From contig NC_058368.1 in the NCBI RefSeq assembly GCF_018350175.1, positions 198,278,001 to 198,342,000 on the forward strand: a DNA stretch of 64,000 nucleotides. The letters run 5' to 3'. Shown here one piece after another: positions 60,308-64,000 of the stretch; within the stretch, counting starts at the first letter, position 1; each line of letters starts with the position of its first letter. Both the position numbers and the translations under genes were made by a program. A model generated the notes under the pieces. That model worked only from the letters and a program-made list of their open reading frames with translations, did not search any database and was not told the DNA's origin. The DNA comes from Felis catus. Lineage: Eukaryota.

Positions 60308-62297
60308 TCAAGTGGATACCTCAGTGGTGGTTGCCATTTTAACTCTTAATCCGTTTGTGCTTGTGCCTCCGGATCAATCTAAATACAATTTCTTGGCATT
60401 GGGTTCTTTTTCAGTTTTGCAAATGAGTTTTATTTTTGTAACACATATGAGATTCAGGAACATCTATTCTTAGCAAGAAAAATAGGCACATTAAAAACAA
60501 ACAAAGCTGGGATATTTGGGGGGTTTGTGTGTGGAGAGAGAACACTGGGAAAATGTAAGTGCCTTTGACCTATTTTATTGGCTTTAATGAAATGTAGGTG
60601 TTTAGGGTTATGACTACTTTGAAGGATTTATTTACCCTCAAATGCTTGTATGGGTCTGGGGAGGGATGAGGTTAAAGGAGAACAGGGAACCGGGAGATTA
60701 AAGGTTTTGGGTGAGGGCAACTAACAATGAAAAGCAGTTAGTCCTGCATTAAAATTGAACAGGATTCTGAAAATTCCCTGCAAATTGGTTAGTTGGAACC
60801 CAGAGTCCTGGGAAAAGAGGCTTGCCCCAGGCTGCCAATCACAGGAAGTAGAAACCCCCAGGAAGGCTTAGCACTTTCCTGCAAGGGATGTGAGGGACAA
60901 AAGTCAATTAGGGTTTTAAATTATCAAAGTGCTTAATGCACTCTCTTGACAGACCCCAAAATAGCAACACTATTTCCTCAAATTCAGGCTCAGAGGCTGT
61001 TTGCAAAGCAGTATCATGGATGTCCCGAGTAGTTGTCTGCCCACAGGGCCGGGTCCCCAGGGAGGCCCTGTCCTGACTGCCACTCCAGGGCTGGGCAGGG
61101 AGGTAGCTGCAGAGTTTGAGGCATGCACCATTTAGCCCTTCACTATAGGGTTTCTCTTTCATGAGAAGGCAAAGAAAACAAGAGAAAGGGCCGGCAGAGG
61201 TGGAAAGAAACATCTCTGACCATGGGAACATGTGTCTGAGGGGATATTCTGACCCAGATGTCTGTAACCAGAGCAGGGCTTTGGCCAACACATTACATAG
61301 AAGAGAATCAGTCTGATAAGCTGAAAACTAGTTTCTATTTTGACTTTGCCTCAGAATAACAAAACATTCGCTTTTTCTTGATGTAAGACAGGGTTGAGAA
61401 GACTTTCCATCAGGCAATGATTACAAATTACTTGATTTCCTTGTATTCGAAGATGAAAGAAATGTTATTATCTTGATAGTTATTATTTGGAAATGCTCTT
61501 GGGACCTGAAGGGCTTGGGTGCTTGTTGACCATAAAACTTCAAAGAAGAGAGTAAAACTGGCCTGCGCTGAGATTCCCTTCTTGTTTTAGAGATGAAGTG
61601 GGGAGATAAGAAGACAAGGAAAGAAGTGGGAGGAGAAGGGAGCTGGAACAAAGAGCAAAATGGAGAGAGATGACAACAGAGTGAAAAAGCCCAGCCATGG
61701 GCCGCACAGGCCATGACGAGGGCCGGGGCTGCTCTCAGCAGGAAGTTCTTGGCCTTGTAGTGTCATGGCTCCATTTCTGCTCCAAAATCATCAATGAAGA
61801 CTTTTCGGCTCATATGTCTTTTTCAGTGGAACTCAAAAAAAGGGACGGTTGCTTCATGGCAGGGTACAACATCGAGCGAACAGGCAGAGGAGGAATTCTT
61901 AGGGGGACTCTAGGCTTCCACCAGCTATGGATTCAGGAGAGTAGGGTTGAGTTCCATTGAGCTAGATCTCTAGGAGGCGGGCACCTACCAGATAACTTCT
62001 GGGTCATATAGATGAAAGAAAATAAAATACCATTTGGTAAAATCGAAAGTAGGATCCACTCTCTCTTTCAATGTATTTTGTTTTGCAGCCCCATCAGGGC
62101 TGGGCCTTGCATGCTACAAATGTGGAAGGGTTACTGACCCTCTGCTCAAGTAGGTCAGGCATGTACATAGATGGGTGGGATACAAGAAGATAAATACTTT
62201 AATAGTGCTGAGGCCAAGGCAGCGTTAGTGGGTGGGAAGGAGGAACTTTGAGGAATGCAGGTCATAGCTCTGTTAGGTGTAAAGAAATCACTGCATT

Positions 62298-62519
62298 GGG
62301 GCGCCTGGGTGGCTCAATCGGTTGAGCCTCCGACTTCGGCTCAGGTCATGATCTCATGGTTCGTGAGTTCGAGCCCCGCGTCGGGCTCTGTGCTGACAGC
62401 TCAGAGCCTGGGGCCTGCTTCGGATTCTGTGTCTCCCTCTCTCTCTGACCCTCCCCCACTCATGGTCTGTCTGTCTCTGTCTCAAAGATAAATAAACATT
62501 AAAAAAAATTAAAAAAAAA
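62298..62519 (+). mobile_element. SINEC_Fc
   Basis: Perfect 15-bp TSD aaagaaatcactgca. Confidence 0.97.
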
Positions 62520-62974
62520 AAAGAAATCACTGCACTGTCATCTGCCTAGAGACTTTCTCCTTGAGGGGTCAACTCTCCTTAGAATAGATTTTGCTAAGAG
62601 TTTGGGTTAGGAAGTCTCCTTTCTAGGGTCCTGCAACCTTCTGAGCGTTTTCTTCAAGGAATTTATGCCCTGTGAAAAATTTCCTATTATTTCTGTGGAA
62701 GTGATTTCTTAAGAAAAACCATAATAATAAAGAAAGATGTTGAGTGACCCTCTGGTTGCCACAGGAAGGGGAAAACAAAGAAACTATTGCATAGCAAGGA
62801 ATTGTAAGTGTCCCCTTGGCTCTGGGTTTGGGACCTCTAGAGGAATCAGGAAAGGATTTCTTCCTGGTCAGGTGGGTCCACAGTGATGGTCAGGCCATGT
62901 GACCCAAACATCTCACCATTAAGGGAAATTCTGAGTTAGGAAACACAGGCATTTGTAGGGTTTGTTCTTTATTA

Positions 62975-63115
62975 TTTTTTTCTTTTTTTAATGTTTATTT
63001 ATTTTTGAGACAGAAAGACACAGAGTGCGAGAGGGGGAGGGGCAGAGAGAGAGGGAGACACAGAACACCTGAGCCGAAGTCGGACACTTAACCGAATGAG
63101 CCACCCAGTTCCCCC
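62975..63115 (-). mobile_element. CAN-SINE with ~77-bp internal deletion
   Basis: gagacacagaa is joined directly to cacctgagccgaagtcgg; the B-box region is absent. Confidence 0.9.
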
Positions 63116-63194
63116 GTTTCTTTCTATTCTTCTAACATCTACGTGTGCATGCTTTTGCTTTAGAAGACGTCTGACATAATTTTTGTAACGGCTT

Positions 63195-63330
63195 ATTGTG
63201 TGCTATAATGACAAGACAGGATTTGGAGTCAAAAGTCCCAGATTTGAATCTTGACTTTGTCACTAACTAGCTACACAAACTCAGGCAAACCACCACTTTG
63301 CGAATGTCAGTTTCTTCATCTATACAGTGG
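63195..63330 (+). mobile_element. MIR SINE
   Basis: ttggagtcaaaa..tttgaatcttgactttgtcactaactagct..tcagtttcttcatctatacagtggg. Confidence 0.75.
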
Positions 63331-63569
63331 GCCGCTGATAACATCTAACATTTTAAGAAGTCTTCCTCAGGCCCAGCCCAAAGTGCTGTGCAGTTGTCAC
63401 TCTTTAAATCAAGCCTCTCAAGAAACTTGGGGCGGTTGTTCGTAGCTTATCACTTAGACTTATGACACTTCTCATATCGCTCACACTTACTACAATTCTG
63501 ACTTTTCGAACCCTTTCTCTACTGAGTGCACCGTATTCATCGCGCGAGTCTGTTGTCCCACTTATTCTC

Positions 63570-63700
63570 ACCACTACCCTGTGAGCTGGGCAATATCATC
63601 ACCCCATTTTACAACTGGAAACACTGAGGCTTGAGGTTAAGATCACCAGCTAGGAGCCCCGGCAGCTTGACCCAGAGCCCATACCGTGGAGCTTCCTTTG
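63570..63700 (-). mobile_element. MIR SINE
   Basis: ccctgtgagctggg..ccccattttacaactggaaacactgaggcttgaggttaag. Confidence 0.7.
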
Positions 63701-64000
63701 AAAAATAGTCGCTCGGTCCTGTCGCGGGTCTCCCGCTGAAACTCTCCTCCCCGCCTCCTCCTGGCATAGACCTGGTGCTCTCCGGCCTGGAGAGACCGCT
63801 GGAAGTTGCTCAGCGCCATCCTCCCACTTACATTTGCTATGTCACCAGCATCTCTAGTTTCAGAAATATCTCTGAGTGCTGTCATCTCAGGCTCTCGGAT
63901 GAATAGATCTGCCGCAGAGCCCGGGAGCTTCCTCCAGTGTTTGGAAAGTTTTGCGCGATGAAGGTATCATGGGTCTTTCTGGGCTTGGTGCTAGAGCCCC
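63700..64000. promoter_or_regulatory. CpG-enriched, repeat-free edge; possible promoter shore or first exon
   Basis: Visible rise in CpG (gtcgctcgg, gtcgcgg, ttgcgcga), GC-box-like ccccgcctcc, and a minus-strand donor AAT|GTAAGT at 63832/63831. Truncated by the window end. Confidence 0.4.

Noticed and set aside
63060..63070. SINE deletion explained by splicing
   Set aside because: The GT after CAG is retained and the deleted segment does not end in AG.
1..64000. ORF-track entries as protein-coding genes
   Set aside because: All are short (max 168 aa), many run through SINEs, LTRs or microsatellites, and none resembles a protein I recognise apart from decayed ERV-L and L1 fragments.
1..64000. 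Prokaryotic-type systems (CRISPR, operons, defence islands)
   Set aside because: The sequence is mammalian; recurring ~200-bp units are dispersed SINEs, with no repeat-spacer periodicity.
63958..64000. Signal-peptide-like start MKVSWVFLGLVLEP
   Set aside because: Only 14 codons are visible before the window ends, so it cannot be supported; recheck with downstream sequence.

Overview
Mammalian (carnivore, felid) nuclear DNA, most likely cat. The evidence is 15 tRNA-derived CAN-SINE copies, including young Felidae-type SINEC_Fc copies, plus carnivore/felid L1 3' ends. The window looks intergenic or intronic. I cannot support any protein-coding gene, rRNA, tRNA gene or CRISPR array, and the ORF track is essentially chance ORFs and repeat read-through. 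Much of the sequence is recognisable interspersed repeat (CAN-SINE, MIR, L2, L1, MLT1/ERVL/ERV1 LTRs, hAT/Tigger DNA-transposon fossils), often nested. Subfamily names come from recalled consensus similarity rather than a database search, and boundaries of old repeats are approximate. The most notable observations are: (1) an MLT1-LTR-linked ERV-L-type provirus remnant with readable gag, RT and RNase H fossils and an internally inverted gag segment; (2) a dense AP-1/FOX:ETS/RUNX/E-box/GATA motif cluster beside a solo LTR at ~18.7 kb; (3) three minus-strand splice-signal candidates starting in a CpG-richer right edge, possibly a lncRNA; and (4) several retrotransposition oddities. I found no convincing novel biological system.
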